A stretch of DNA of 51,484 bases. Source: a virus (Duplodnaviria; Caudoviricetes). Location of the stretch: the IMG/VR virus record IMGVR_UViG_3300047409_000125, positions 1 through 51,484 of that record, one strand, 5' to 3'. The position numbers were made by a program, and so were the translations under genes. Each line of letters starts with the position of its first letter. Positions within the stretch are counted from its first letter, which is position 1. A model generated the notes under the pieces. The model saw nothing but the letters and a program-made list of their open reading frames with translations. It was not told the DNA's origin and searched no databases. This document shows, piece by piece, positions 9,368-19,140 of this stretch.

Positions 9368-10102
9368 TTACTCCGCGACGAACCCACCTGTACCACGGAA
9401 ATGCCGGGTCTTGTTGAAGGTGACCTTAGCAATGAAGCCCGCCGCAGTCGGATCGTTGCCAATTTCCTCGCCGCTCGACAGAACGCGCAGCGGCAGCGTG
9501 GCTGTGTTGGCAAAAGCCGGATCAAGCGAGACACCGGAGATGCCGAAGCGTGCCGATTGCTGACCGGCATTGGCCTTCACGTCCGCGCCGCTCATGAGGT
9601 TGAGATTGAACGCGGTGCCGGGCACCGTGGGCACGGTGGCGTACATCTCGACGTTGGGGTCCGTCTCGACCGTCAACCATGCCTCAGTGGACGCAGGGAC
9701 GTACTGGAAGCCGTTCTTGGCCATGTAGAGAGTAATGGGGCCGAAGCCGACGCAGACGCCTACGATGACGCTGGTGGCCGCCACGTCGCCGGGTACCCAG
9801 CGGGTGACGTTGCCTGCCATGGACTGGTTGCCAAGCCCGCTGCCGCCACCGCCACCGATGATAACCGATGCAGACGGGGCACTGATGTTGGCTGGGAGAT
9901 CGCCGCCACCTTGGATGCCGATAGCGGAACTGGATGACACGATGATGTCGCCCCGGAAGATTGCAGCCGCGTTGGCCGCTGGAACGTGGAAAATCCTGAC
10001 CGAAGCGTGGTGGGGGTCACCCCCGCCAAGGTTCATGGGCACTAGTCCCGAATAATGGCGGAAACCACCGCCAAGAACGGTTGCATTGACGATGTTAACC
10101 AT
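9368..10102 (-). CDS. Putative capsid decoration/minor capsid protein
   Basis: AAIFRGDII...IVGVCVGF...DPNV...TLPLRVL pattern of proteins usually next to the capsid gene; GAGG RBS before MVNIVN. Confidence 0.55.
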   Translation of the reverse strand: MVNIVNATVLGGGFRHYSGLVPMNLGGGDPHHASVRIFHVPAANAAAIFRGDIIVSSSSAIGIQGGGDLPANISAPSASVIIGGGGGSGLGNQSMAGNVTRWVPGDVAATSVIVGVCVGFGPITLYMAKNGFQYVPASTEAWLTVETDPNVEMYATVPTVPGTAFNLNLMSGADVKANAGQQSARFGISGVSLDPAFANTATLPLRVLSSGEEIGNDPTAAGFIAKVTFNKTRHFRGTGGFVAE

Positions 10103-10151
10103 TTCGGTTCCCTCGTTTGGGGTTGATAATAAATACACGTTACCCTGTAAC

Positions 10152-10163
10152 AGTGTATACAAA
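10152..10163 (-). promoter_or_regulatory. TTTGTATACACT box, copy 1
   Basis: Identical 12-mer at 38866 and 44974; all three lie in divergent intergenic regions. Confidence 0.55.
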
Positions 10164-10177
10164 AAGGAGAATTTTCG

Positions 10178-10369
10178 ATGGACAGGAAGGTAGAAGAGGC
10201 TCTGAACAACGCCAAACGCATCCCCGTCACTGACGAAGAAGACGAACTGTTCAAGGCCGGGAAGCACGTCAGGGCTATCGCCCGCATCAGCGAACGAACG
10301 GGGATACCGCTATCGTCTGGACGTGTGGCGTATGCCCCGGCAATAAAATGTCTGCTGGTTGTCGATTAG
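10178..10369 (+). CDS. Small hypothetical protein, weakly bL12 C-terminal-domain-like
   Basis: AAGGAG RBS; GKHVRAIARISERTGIPL. Confidence 0.5.
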   Translation: MDRKVEEALNNAKRIPVTDEEDELFKAGKHVRAIARISERTGIPLSSGRVAYAPAIKCLLVVD

Positions 10370-10372
10370 CTG

Positions 10373-10401
10373 TTGACGGTACCACGCAATCTGTATACGG
10401 T
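10373..10401 (+). promoter_or_regulatory. Sigma70-type promoter
   Basis: TTGACG-17-TACGGT upstream of the SprT-like gene. Confidence 0.45.
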
Positions 10402-10428
10402 AGCGATATCGCAATCGGAGATATCGTT

Positions 10429-11031
10429 ATGAAGCCCATGGAAACCTACGACGTACTGCGCGAAGCCTTCAATTTTTTTAATAAGGAATTGTTCGAAGGG
10501 AAGTTGTCAGACTGCATGATCCTGCTGCACCGGCACCGAAGTGCCTTTGGTTATTTCTGGGCTGATCAGTTTGGCCAGAACGGCAGCAAGACTACAGTTC
10601 ACGAAATTGCCCTGAACCCCAACCACATTCGAGTTCGCAAGCCGGTCGATACGTTCGGTACGCTGGCGCACGAAATGGTTCACCAGCTTCAGCAAGAGCA
10701 TGGTACCCCGCCCAAAAACGCTTACCACAACAAGCAGTGGGCCGCGATGATGAAGAAGATTGGATTGCAGCCGGATGACGGCGAGGGCAACGAAACTGGC
10801 CGCTATGTCAGCCACAAGATCGTCAAGGGTGGCCGGTTCGATGCTGCTTATGCGAAGTTTGCAGCAAAACGCGACATGAGCCTGTTCGGCGGCATGCCGA
10901 ACGTCAAAAAGGCCAAAGGCAAGACTTCGAAGTTCAAATTTGTCTGCCCGGAGTGCGGTCAGAATGCTTGGGCCAAAGTCACCGCAAAACTGATTTGCGG
11001 TGACTGTGACGCAGAGATGGAGGAAGCTTAA
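10429..11031 (+). CDS. SprT-like zinc metalloprotease
   Basis: FNFFNKELF, HEMVH (HExxH), YHNKQW and C-terminal CPECG..CGDC. Confidence 0.85.
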   Translation: MKPMETYDVLREAFNFFNKELFEGKLSDCMILLHRHRSAFGYFWADQFGQNGSKTTVHEIALNPNHIRVRKPVDTFGTLAHEMVHQLQQEHGTPPKNAYHNKQWAAMMKKIGLQPDDGEGNETGRYVSHKIVKGGRFDAAYAKFAAKRDMSLFGGMPNVKKAKGKTSKFKFVCPECGQNAWAKVTAKLICGDCDAEMEEA

Positions 11032-11570
11032 CGACTGCGTTTACGCTTGCTCTTCTTCCCGTGTTCGTCTTCTACTTCTTCCTCCTCGTCATCATCTTCG
11101 TTTTGTTCAGCCATTATCTGGGCTTGTTCATTCTGGTCCCTGATGCGTGACTGTTCTTGGGACTGCGACGGCCCACCGGGCTGCGTAGTCCCTTTTTTCA
11201 TGTCTTCTTCCTTGGCCTTCTTTTCCGCTTCTTCAAAAACCGACCTGAACCTTTCGCCCACTTCCGGTTTGGAATTGACGCTGGCAAAAATAGCCTGAGC
11301 CTGTTCCTTCAGTTTTGTCATTGTCGTAGCGATAGTGGCTCTCTGATAGATCGGTATCTGCGGATCGGGTGGTATTCCAGCTATGACATCGTTGAAAATC
11401 TGGTTCATTCGCTCAACCAGCACAGGATCAACGTCATTCCCTTCAAGGTGCTTGTCAATTTGCTCTCTGAGTTCTTTCACCCTGAGAGTAATCTCTTCTT
11501 TAGTGTCCTGTTTCTTGAATTGATCACCGCTAGCCTGTTCCTGCGGTGAAGTCTTCGACACGTCCACCAT
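11028..11570 (-). CDS. Acidic helical hypothetical protein with an internal repeat
   Basis: 180 aa, GGAG RBS, poly-D/E tract and basic tail. Confidence 0.65.
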   Translation of the reverse strand: MVDVSKTSPQEQASGDQFKKQDTKEEITLRVKELREQIDKHLEGNDVDPVLVERMNQIFNDVIAGIPPDPQIPIYQRATIATTMTKLKEQAQAIFASVNSKPEVGERFRSVFEEAEKKAKEEDMKKGTTQPGGPSQSQEQSRIRDQNEQAQIMAEQNEDDDEEEEVEDEHGKKSKRKRSR

Positions 11571-11715
11571 GGTCTTCTCCCTTTTTCATGCCTTGTTCAG
11601 CTGCGTCAAAAACCTCTTCAATTTTCTCCATGAACTTTGGTCCTCTGCCCGCTGCACCGAAGTACATGACAGCTACTTCAAAAACCTTAAGTTTCAGCTT
11701 TTTGAGATCGTCCAT
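11530..11715 (-). CDS. Small hypothetical protein
   Basis: AGGAG RBS before MDDLKKLK. Confidence 0.55.
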   Translation of the reverse strand: MDDLKKLKLKVFEVAVMYFGAAGRGPKFMEKIEEVFDAAEQGMKKGEDHGGRVEDFTAGTG

Positions 11716-11725
11716 GGCTACACTC

Positions 11726-12043
11726 CTAGTCAACGTAGTCCTCAAGTATCTTGACCGGCATTGGTTCCGCCTTGGGCACCCAAGACCGGGTTTCCTGCTT
11801 GAGGGCTACGCGGGCTACGTCAACCCCGCGACCGGTCGCCATCAAATACGTCTCGTAGGTGTGCTGCCGCTTGTTGTCGGCAACTTGGTAATCGCGTTCG
11901 TTGGACTTTGCAAACACTTCAGCTTCTTCGACCGTCCAGCCTGCCAATCCCGCTGCTGCCTTGTCGGTGTGACCAGCAGAAATTGCTTCTACAAACAGGA
12001 TGTTTGGTGGCTTCATCGTTTGATCGAAAGGATTGTATGTCAT
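11726..12043 (-). CDS. Hypothetical protein, candidate terminase small subunit
   Basis: N-terminal HTH-like FVEAISAGHTDKAAAGLAGWT, 105 aa; no other TerS candidate found. Confidence 0.35.
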   Translation of the reverse strand: MTYNPFDQTMKPPNILFVEAISAGHTDKAAAGLAGWTVEEAEVFAKSNERDYQVADNKRQHTYETYLMATGRGVDVARVALKQETRSWVPKAEPMPVKILEDYVD

Positions 12044-15000
12044 CGCGACACCGGTACCCGTGCGCCACGGTTTTGCACAGTCGGTTTTTTCCTTGCAAGT
12101 TCATCTCCAACATCACCGCCGACAGTACCGCCAAGCGTTGACGCTGCGCTTTGAATATTTTGTTTGTACGGAGTGACATTGTTTCTGACCAGCTGGTCAA
12201 AATTGACCATCTTGCCCGCCGCCTTCATGGTCATGTAGTTGTCCCACAGACTTTTCAGCTTGGAAAGGCCAACAGTAGCAGCAACAGCACCTACGGCTTT
12301 ACCGGCAGGAGTGCCGATATAAGGAATGGCACCAACCCCGACAGCTGTAGTCCCCAGTATATAAACAAGGTCTCTGCCCTTGCCGCCCTTGTTTTTCTCC
12401 GCTTCCACCATCGCATTCATCCAGCGTTGCGCAGTCGGGTCATTCTTGGCAACTCCCATGAAAGCATTTTTTGCGTCGGTGCCTTCCGGACCGCCTTTGG
12501 CGATGGTCGCTATGATATCCTTGCGGCCAGCGTCCATGGCTTTCGCGTAACGCTCGCCCGCCTGATGAAGATGCTCGATCAAGGCATCCGCCTGCGCTGG
12601 CGGCAACGTGTGCTTGATGATCGTTTCCTGCTGCGTGCGAATGTGATCGCTGATGGCTGTGAGACCTCTTATTCTCGCATCCTGTTGAGCGTAGTCCTTT
12701 CCGGCTTCGCGCGGTATTTCCTGAGTTTTGCGTATTTCTTCCAGCACATGTGTTCGTGCCGTAGCCATGTTGTCGATTGCCTGTCCATAATTGGTGGAAG
12801 GCTTGAACATCTCGTCTTGTGCGGTTTTTGCTTCTTTTTCAAATCCTCGCGGAATGGTGCCGTGCGGATTGGTGTCGCTGACAACGGCATCAACCGGATT
12901 TACTACGTCACGGCCTATGCGGGCATTCAGTCCGGCCCGCTGGCCCATTGGCGTATTGGCATGGGCCGCGCCGACAGCATTCGGCACCTGTTGAAGTTCA
13001 TGGGCAGCATCCAGCCTCGCTGCTTCAGCAGGGCGTTTTATGACGGCAGGACCAAATTCTGTCGATCCCTTGGCTGTCGCTTCATAGTCGGCGGCAATCC
13101 TCTTCGGATCAATGCCCTTGCTTCTCAGGTAGCCTTCAGCCGTCATGTAGGCTGGATTGCCCACCTGATTTCCCTTTGCGTCTATTGTCACCGCTTTTTG
13201 CGTGGCTATGACTTCGGCGGCGTTCTTTACCGGACCATGATCGGCTATAGGCAGCCTTTCCAGATATGGAGCGACGACTTTGTTAATTCCCGCCCCTGCG
13301 AGTTCACCAGCTGCGGTACCAACCCCCGTGGAGATACCCTTGTTGATTGCGTGCTTGGGATCATTGGTTTGCAGGTAGTCCGTCAAACCAGCTACCGCAG
13401 AAGCGCCACCAGTACGAATAAGGCCACCTGTCACTCCCCCGACAGGAAGACTTTGAATACCGCCTTCAACAGCACCCCCAAGACCTGACAAAGCCAGACT
13501 GGAAGCATCCTGCTTGTCCAGATCGCCGGAAAGATAGTCTCTGGCCGGATCGCCAATGGCGCGTCCGATAGCGCCACCGGCCATGGCACCCGCAGGACCA
13601 CCAACAGCCCCGCCAACGATCTGCCCACCAGTCTGCAACGCCGCAGGAACGACATCAGCAGCTGCGTGCTGCAATCCGCGTTGAAGACCGCTGCGATCCG
13701 CTTCCCCGGTGCGTTGGGGAAGTCCCGCAGCTTTTCTTTCTCTGGCTTCCTTGTACATTTCCGATAGCGTCATATCCCCCAAAGGCTTCGGAGAAGCGGC
13801 ACCACCGGTCTGGTAGAAACTAGCGTACTTCGCCTTGCTTTCCGCGACTGTCAGCAGCCTGCCGTTACCACCTTCCCAGAAAAATTTCGGGTTATTTTTT
13901 GCTGCTTCGCGGTCAACATATTTCAACGCGGTATCGCCATCAGGCGCAGTCAAAAGTGACGATGCGCCACCTTTTCCAGCCCCCAGCTGATGCGCCACCG
14001 ACATCGTGAAATTGTTGACCGGCAGACCGGCTTTCGTCAACGCATTCGAGTTTTCTATGATCAGATGATCGTTTGCCGCTTCCTGCTGGGCGGGTGTGGC
14101 ATCCATCGCGCGCATAGCCGTCGCACCCGGTGGCTTCACTCTGTTCCAAGTTTTGTCAACCATCTGGTACTTGCCACTGGCACTCGACAGCTGTTCACCA
14201 GCCTCGTTGCGGGGTGGCGGCGCGGCATAGTTGTTATTGCTCTCACCCCTGCCCAAACCAGCCTTGTACGACTGGGGTTCAAAGCCGGGAGTGACTTGTG
14301 GCTGCACAGCCGCAGGTACGGCGGGCTGTGGCATCGCTGCCGGGGCCGCGCCGCCACCAACACCCCATGAACCGGGAAGATTAACCGGGACCGGTGGTGC
14401 CTCTTCGGCATGCGCCGTAGAGATCGGGTTGATCATGTCCAGCATCGACCTGCGCTGTGGCGCAGGCGGCGGTACAACAGGCACGCCAGCCGGTGCGTTG
14501 GGCGCAAACGGAAAAGGACTGGTGCCACCGCCGGTAAACGGACTGACAGCAGCGGGTGGCGATGGTGGTTGCTGTTGTCGTGCCCGTGCAGCAGCAGCCA
14601 GAGCGTCCGGAGTAAGTCTGCCTACGTTTCCGGCAGTGTTATTCGGCATTGGCGGGAAACGGCTGCCGACAATCGAATTGATGCTTTTCGCGTAAGACCC
14701 TGCGGGCACAAAACCGGGAGTGTCAGCGGGTATGGAATGAATATCAGGCAATTCAAACCAGCGGCCTTTGTAGATAATCCGGTCGCGTTTATCCATTTCA
14801 AGACGGGCACTTTGTTCTGCCTGATCCTGAATTGGCTTCAGATGCTCCGTTGCCTGCCTGCTGAAGCCGACATCCATGGGGTTACCGGCATGTGCGCCGA
14901 TGTAGTCGATGACGCCTCGCGTCCGCTCCAGCGTTTCGTTGCTCTTGTCGAGATTGAATTTACCAATTCTCTTGAAGCCTGCGATGACATCCGGCGACCA

Positions 15001-16650
15001 TTCGTCAGTCCTCGCTTCCATCTCAGGCGGCTCGCCAGCATCTTCACCATTGGCGCGTTGATGCAGCCAGTTCATGTACTGGCCGTAATTGGAGTAGATT
15101 TTGTTCATCGTGCTGCCCATCAACCCCAATTCGTGTTCCCAGACACGAATGAGGCCGATGTTACCGGCAGCACGCGACAGTTCTGAAATGTTGCGGAACG
15201 TACCGGCAGCCGCGTCAGCGATCAAAGTGCGGCCTTGGCTGTCCTTGTAGTTGTTTGGATCGGAAGTGGCTTCGTGAAACTTGACCGCCATGTTGTTCTG
15301 GTCGAGAACGCCTTTTATTTCGGGGTTCTCGCTGATCATCTTGGCAGCTTCTTTTTTCTCAGGCAGACCCCAAGAGTTCCACTTGCCTTTGTTAGTATAG
15401 TCCCCGAGATCGTTGGTGCTGTTCTCGTACTTCACGGCAGGCGTACCGCCCAGCCAAGGTATGCTGACAGGCTTTGCGTAGTTGCTGACCGTGCCGTCTA
15501 CCTTCACGCTGCCATTGAGTGCTGCTTCGCCTGCGGGACCGGACAGCGTTTGCGGCAGCGACAAATCCGCTTGTTGGCGCTTGTAGCCGTTCACCATCTG
15601 GAATGCTTTTTTGAAGTTTCCTTCAGCCAGATTTTTATCGAACTCTTCCCTCTTGAGCGGGATGTTGCTTGGCGTCATGCCGAAAAACTGCGAGTTCTTG
15701 ATATCTTTCGCGCCATTCAGGAGATTGTTGCGGGCGCGTTCGTAATCGTTCTGGTTCGTCGCATCTTCAAGCTTCTGAAACAGCGGCGCGGCTTTTTCGA
15801 CATCCTTGCCTGCCTTGCTCATGAACTGATCGGTGTAGCCTTTGACACGATCAGCATGCGGCGTGGCTTGCAGAGCCATGTAGGTGCCGATGTTGCCTTG
15901 GTTCGCAACTTCGTCCACGGCATGTTCGATGACCGCAGCATTGTCGGCATGGGCATCGACCGGCGTGAAGAATTGCAGGTTCTTGGCGAGAGCCTGCGTG
16001 GTATTCTGTTGCGATATCTGTTCGCGCAGGCTTTTGATTTTATCCCGAATGGCGGGGAGCTTGGTTTCGGCGTCGTCCGCGATGGACTTGTTCCAGAACT
16101 TGGTCCAGTTGCCGGTGTCCTGAACCAAATCCTTTTCCTGCTTCAGTGCTTGGTTCAGGTTGTTTTGCAGTTCGTTTCCGACCGGGTTGAAATCCGGATT
16201 TCTGTAGTCGCGCCGCCAGTTGTCCTTGACTTCCTGATCACCGGGTGACGGTGCCGGTTGCGGTGCCTGTGCATTCGGGGCTGCCGTGACCGATGGCGTG
16301 CCGATTACCGGCTGTTGCGGCGAGCGTGACTGTGCGAGCAATACCGGCGGTGCAATCGAACCTGCCGGAATGACCGGTGCCACCCGTGGCTGCGATACCG
16401 ACAGGTCCGCGCCTTGCATCAGGTTGACCGGCTGGCCGGGGGCCGGTGCCAGCGATGCGACCCGCGTTCCCGGCGGTGTGTAGGTGGTGGAGAGCGGTGC
16501 CAGCAGCGCGGATGAAGTCTCAGGGAAGACCTGCTTGGTGGTCAAGGGGACCGCGCGTATCCCGTAGGTGGGATCGAGGCTGTAGGCCGGATTGAGGTTC
16601 GGGCTTTCAAGATCAGCCGCGTCGATCAGATCGCCGGTATCGTTGGCCAT
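12040..16650 (-). CDS. Large internal virion/DNA-ejection protein with a lytic transglycosylase (Rpf/SLT-like) domain
   Basis: 1536 aa; GESNNNY...SASGKYQM...TW...ATPAQQE...AHQLGAG, followed by Gly/Ala-rich hydrophobic segments. Confidence 0.75.
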   Translation of the reverse strand: MANDTGDLIDAADLESPNLNPAYSLDPTYGIRAVPLTTKQVFPETSSALLAPLSTTYTPPGTRVASLAPAPGQPVNLMQGADLSVSQPRVAPVIPAGSIAPPVLLAQSRSPQQPVIGTPSVTAAPNAQAPQPAPSPGDQEVKDNWRRDYRNPDFNPVGNELQNNLNQALKQEKDLVQDTGNWTKFWNKSIADDAETKLPAIRDKIKSLREQISQQNTTQALAKNLQFFTPVDAHADNAAVIEHAVDEVANQGNIGTYMALQATPHADRVKGYTDQFMSKAGKDVEKAAPLFQKLEDATNQNDYERARNNLLNGAKDIKNSQFFGMTPSNIPLKREEFDKNLAEGNFKKAFQMVNGYKRQQADLSLPQTLSGPAGEAALNGSVKVDGTVSNYAKPVSIPWLGGTPAVKYENSTNDLGDYTNKGKWNSWGLPEKKEAAKMISENPEIKGVLDQNNMAVKFHEATSDPNNYKDSQGRTLIADAAAGTFRNISELSRAAGNIGLIRVWEHELGLMGSTMNKIYSNYGQYMNWLHQRANGEDAGEPPEMEARTDEWSPDVIAGFKRIGKFNLDKSNETLERTRGVIDYIGAHAGNPMDVGFSRQATEHLKPIQDQAEQSARLEMDKRDRIIYKGRWFELPDIHSIPADTPGFVPAGSYAKSINSIVGSRFPPMPNNTAGNVGRLTPDALAAAARARQQQPPSPPAAVSPFTGGGTSPFPFAPNAPAGVPVVPPPAPQRRSMLDMINPISTAHAEEAPPVPVNLPGSWGVGGGAAPAAMPQPAVPAAVQPQVTPGFEPQSYKAGLGRGESNNNYAAPPPRNEAGEQLSSASGKYQMVDKTWNRVKPPGATAMRAMDATPAQQEAANDHLIIENSNALTKAGLPVNNFTMSVAHQLGAGKGGASSLLTAPDGDTALKYVDREAAKNNPKFFWEGGNGRLLTVAESKAKYASFYQTGGAASPKPLGDMTLSEMYKEARERKAAGLPQRTGEADRSGLQRGLQHAAADVVPAALQTGGQIVGGAVGGPAGAMAGGAIGRAIGDPARDYLSGDLDKQDASSLALSGLGGAVEGGIQSLPVGGVTGGLIRTGGASAVAGLTDYLQTNDPKHAINKGISTGVGTAAGELAGAGINKVVAPYLERLPIADHGPVKNAAEVIATQKAVTIDAKGNQVGNPAYMTAEGYLRSKGIDPKRIAADYEATAKGSTEFGPAVIKRPAEAARLDAAHELQQVPNAVGAAHANTPMGQRAGLNARIGRDVVNPVDAVVSDTNPHGTIPRGFEKEAKTAQDEMFKPSTNYGQAIDNMATARTHVLEEIRKTQEIPREAGKDYAQQDARIRGLTAISDHIRTQQETIIKHTLPPAQADALIEHLHQAGERYAKAMDAGRKDIIATIAKGGPEGTDAKNAFMGVAKNDPTAQRWMNAMVEAEKNKGGKGRDLVYILGTTAVGVGAIPYIGTPAGKAVGAVAATVGLSKLKSLWDNYMTMKAAGKMVNFDQLVRNNVTPYKQNIQSAASTLGGTVGGDVGDELARKKPTVQNRGARVPVSR

Positions 16651-16681
16651 GGATGGTACCCCTTGCGAGGTACCATGGGTA

Positions 16682-17218
16682 TCACTTTGTTCCGGGTTCG
16701 TCCACCAGATGTGGCATGTCGTCGGCTACGCCATCATAGTTGTCGTCGGACAGGCCGGAAAATACGATGGCTTCCGAATTGCGCCGCCGGGTCAGTCCCT
16801 TGAGTTCTTTTCCTCCAGCTTTATTCCATTTTTTGAACTCGCGGGCGGCGTCGGCGAAATCTCCGTTGTTGACGTGCTTGAGCAACGTGCTTTTGTTAAG
16901 CGCTCCTGAGCCGACATTAAATGTGAAAGAAACGAGCGCGTCGAACTGATAATCGGTGAGAGGGACGCGGACAGCCTTGCGTACATCTCGCTCGAAAGTT
17001 TCCATATCTTCAAGAAATGCTTGGTGGCATTCCTCAGCCGTCCATCGGGTAGATGCATCGAATTGCCTTCCATGATGGTTCGTGTGACCCCACCCGATTG
17101 TCAGGCAATTTGCGGGACACCTGTACGCTTTGAATTTTCCTTCGTGCGGTTGCAGGCAGCTTTCGAAATGCTGGATTAATCTAGCTCCCTTTTCGGTCAA
17201 CCTTCGATCTTCGTTCAT
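16682..17218 (-). CDS. Endolysin, GH24 phage lysozyme
   Basis: LIQHFESC..AYRCPA..LTIGWGHT, QFDALVSFTFNVG, GLTRRRNSE. Confidence 0.92.
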   Translation of the reverse strand: MNEDRRLTEKGARLIQHFESCLQPHEGKFKAYRCPANCLTIGWGHTNHHGRQFDASTRWTAEECHQAFLEDMETFERDVRKAVRVPLTDYQFDALVSFTFNVGSGALNKSTLLKHVNNGDFADAAREFKKWNKAGGKELKGLTRRRNSEAIVFSGLSDDNYDGVADDMPHLVDEPGTK

Positions 17219-17375
17219 TTATTATCTCCGGATCGATCTGGTGGATAAAAATTTTCAATCTCTGCTGTTGCCACAACGCAGCCTGCGCTGCGGTGACGAC
17301 GACGGCATGGTGCTGCCGTGGTATCCGTCTATAGGTGTACCACTCGACAAGAACCGGTGCGTTGGGGTCTGTCAT
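17181..17375 (-). CDS. Small hypothetical protein
   Basis: ATGA-coupled between the membrane protein and the lysin. Confidence 0.4.
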   Translation of the reverse strand: MTDPNAPVLVEWYTYRRIPRQHHAVVVTAAQAALWQQQRLKIFIHQIDPEIINERRSKVDRKGS

Positions 17376-17629
17376 TTCTTTGTCGCCATATCCACCAGCC
17401 GGTCCAGCCGTTCCTTGTTGTTTGCACTCTGGCTCTCCAGAACCGTTAAACGATTATCGATGACGTTAAGATGGGGGCTGCCCCGGATTTCCAAAGTAGA
17501 CATCCGCTGTTCAAGCCGAACCATGTAGCCCCATCCCGAAAACGCCAGACCGCCAAACAGGGTGGCCTGTGCGATCAGAAAGTAAATCAATCCTGAATTG
17601 TTCCTGAGCCACCCCTTGATTTCGGTCAT
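17372..17629 (-). CDS. Single-TM coiled-coil protein, holin-like candidate
   Basis: Hydrophobic LIYFLIAQATLFGGLAFSGWGY; upstream of the lysin. Confidence 0.5.
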   Translation of the reverse strand: MTEIKGWLRNNSGLIYFLIAQATLFGGLAFSGWGYMVRLEQRMSTLEIRGSPHLNVIDNRLTVLESQSANNKERLDRLVDMATKK

Positions 17630-17721
17630 GGGGGGCATGGTACCACACAATTCAAAGAAACCGGGGAAGCATTTGCGCCTTCCCCGGTCAAGGTGCTGGC
17701 CGGGATAATCAGGCCAGAACA

Positions 17722-17934
17722 CTAACGGTGATGCGCCGCCACACGACTGCGGCGCACCTCACTGGTCCGTGGCTTCGCTACCTCGTGCCCGCTGCGGAAT
17801 ACGGCGTGGCGCAGATGATGCGAGATCGAATGCCAAAGATCATCTTCATCACCCAGTCGCTGCCGCAGTGCGCGAAAATCTTCGTGTGCATGGCAGGCGT
17901 GGCGATGAATGGCATCGCTGTTGGTCCAACTCAC
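17722..17934 (-). CDS. Small His-rich hypothetical protein
   Basis: GGAGG RBS before GTG. Confidence 0.4.
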   Translation of the reverse strand: MSWTNSDAIHRHACHAHEDFRALRQRLGDEDDLWHSISHHLRHAVFRSGHEVAKPRTSEVRRSRVAAHHR

Positions 17935-18017
17935 TTACTTCCTCCATTCATCTTGGAAAACGAAGGGTGCGCATATCTATGGGAGTAGGTAGCGCACCCC
18001 CCGCCTATCCATCTGGC

Positions 18018-18674
18018 TTACGCCAGACGGAAGCCGTGGCCTTCGCGCCTTCGCAGCAGTGAAAGACCGCCGATACCAAAGAAACCAAGGATCATCATTG
18101 CCCATGTCGCGGTTTCCGGCACCGCCGCGAGCGGGGCGGCGATGTCGATCCTGTAGTGTTCGAAATCGGTCAGGTTGCCGGTAGTGGCGACCCTGAATGA
18201 ATCGATCACCTCACCGTTGATGGCGCTCAGGGTAAATCCTGATTGGGCCGACAGGCTTAGCGTACCAAGATCGAAAGTAAACAGCTTCTGGCCGCCGCCC
18301 ACTTCGTCGGCGATCACGAACGCAACCGCATCTCCGGTGCCTTTGAGCGAGAACACGTCAGTCTGGGTTGGCAACACGATGGTGCCAGCACTGTTGAAAA
18401 CCTGAATTTTCAGGTCGTTGGTGTTGGCAATCTTGATGTCGTTGCCGTTGGCGGCACCAGTGAAACCACCGCAGCCGCCAATACAGCTAAAATCGACCAA
18501 CCCGGTATGCTGGCCGTTGAAAGAGCCAACGGCAACATTGGTGACGGCATTGAAGCTGTCGAATACCACGTTGTCGCCGGTACCGGACAGGTGGTTGTCG
18601 ATAATAACGTCGGCCTTGGCGGGCATCGCCGCAAAGGCAAGAAATGCAGTGCTGATCAATAGTAACTTCTTCAT
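18018..18674 (-). CDS. Secreted protein with a PEPxxWA-CTERM-type sorting signal
   Basis: Signal peptide MKKLLLISTAFLAFAAMPAKA; C-terminal VPETATWAMMILGFFGIGGLSLLRRR. Confidence 0.85.
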   Translation of the reverse strand: MKKLLLISTAFLAFAAMPAKADVIIDNHLSGTGDNVVFDSFNAVTNVAVGSFNGQHTGLVDFSCIGGCGGFTGAANGNDIKIANTNDLKIQVFNSAGTIVLPTQTDVFSLKGTGDAVAFVIADEVGGGQKLFTFDLGTLSLSAQSGFTLSAINGEVIDSFRVATTGNLTDFEHYRIDIAAPLAAVPETATWAMMILGFFGIGGLSLLRRREGHGFRLA

Positions 18675-18734
18675 TTGTATAACTCCTCCAGCCGTTAGCT
18701 AAACGGCGCTAGCATTCCGGATAAGCCCGGAATT

Positions 18735-18977
18735 TCATCCATGGTCGAGCTTCCTGTAGCCGACCGTGCATAATTTGATAAAATCCTTTTCCTCTATCTC
18801 CATATGGATGACAAGGGTGAGCAATTCGCTTGCCAGCACCGAAACGACCATCATGGCCGCTTCCTGCGGATCGGTTTCCATCCGTTCGCAGCTGTCAACG
18901 ACATCGACCGTCAGCCTGTGCAGCTTGCTGGCATAGAACTTGCCAATGTCGTTAACCATCTGGGTGGATTTCGGCAT
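18735..18977 (-). CDS. Hypothetical protein
   Basis: 80 aa, GGAG RBS. Confidence 0.55.
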   Translation of the reverse strand: MPKSTQMVNDIGKFYASKLHRLTVDVVDSCERMETDPQEAAMMVVSVLASELLTLVIHMEIEEKDFIKLCTVGYRKLDHG

Positions 18978-19140
18978 CGACTACTCCCCAGTTCTTCCTG
19001 CGTGCATAGTCCATGAAGGCGGTAAAGCTTTGCCCGACTGACCAGCGCAGGACCGGTGCAGCATTTACGATTACACCATCGTTTACGAGAATGCCAGCGT
19101 AGAAATACCGGCCATCAACGGCATAGAGGTGGTTATTCAT
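18952..19140 (-). CDS. Hypothetical protein
   Basis: 62 aa, coupled; FYAGILVNDGVIVNAAPVLRW. Confidence 0.6.
   Translation of the reverse strand: MNNHLYAVDGRYFYAGILVNDGVIVNAAPVLRWSVGQSFTAFMDYARRKNWGVVDAEIHPDG

Noticed and set aside
12151-16248. Long + strand ORFs (445, 258 and 337 aa)
   Set aside because: Antisense shadows of the 1536-aa gene in GC-rich DNA, with no motifs
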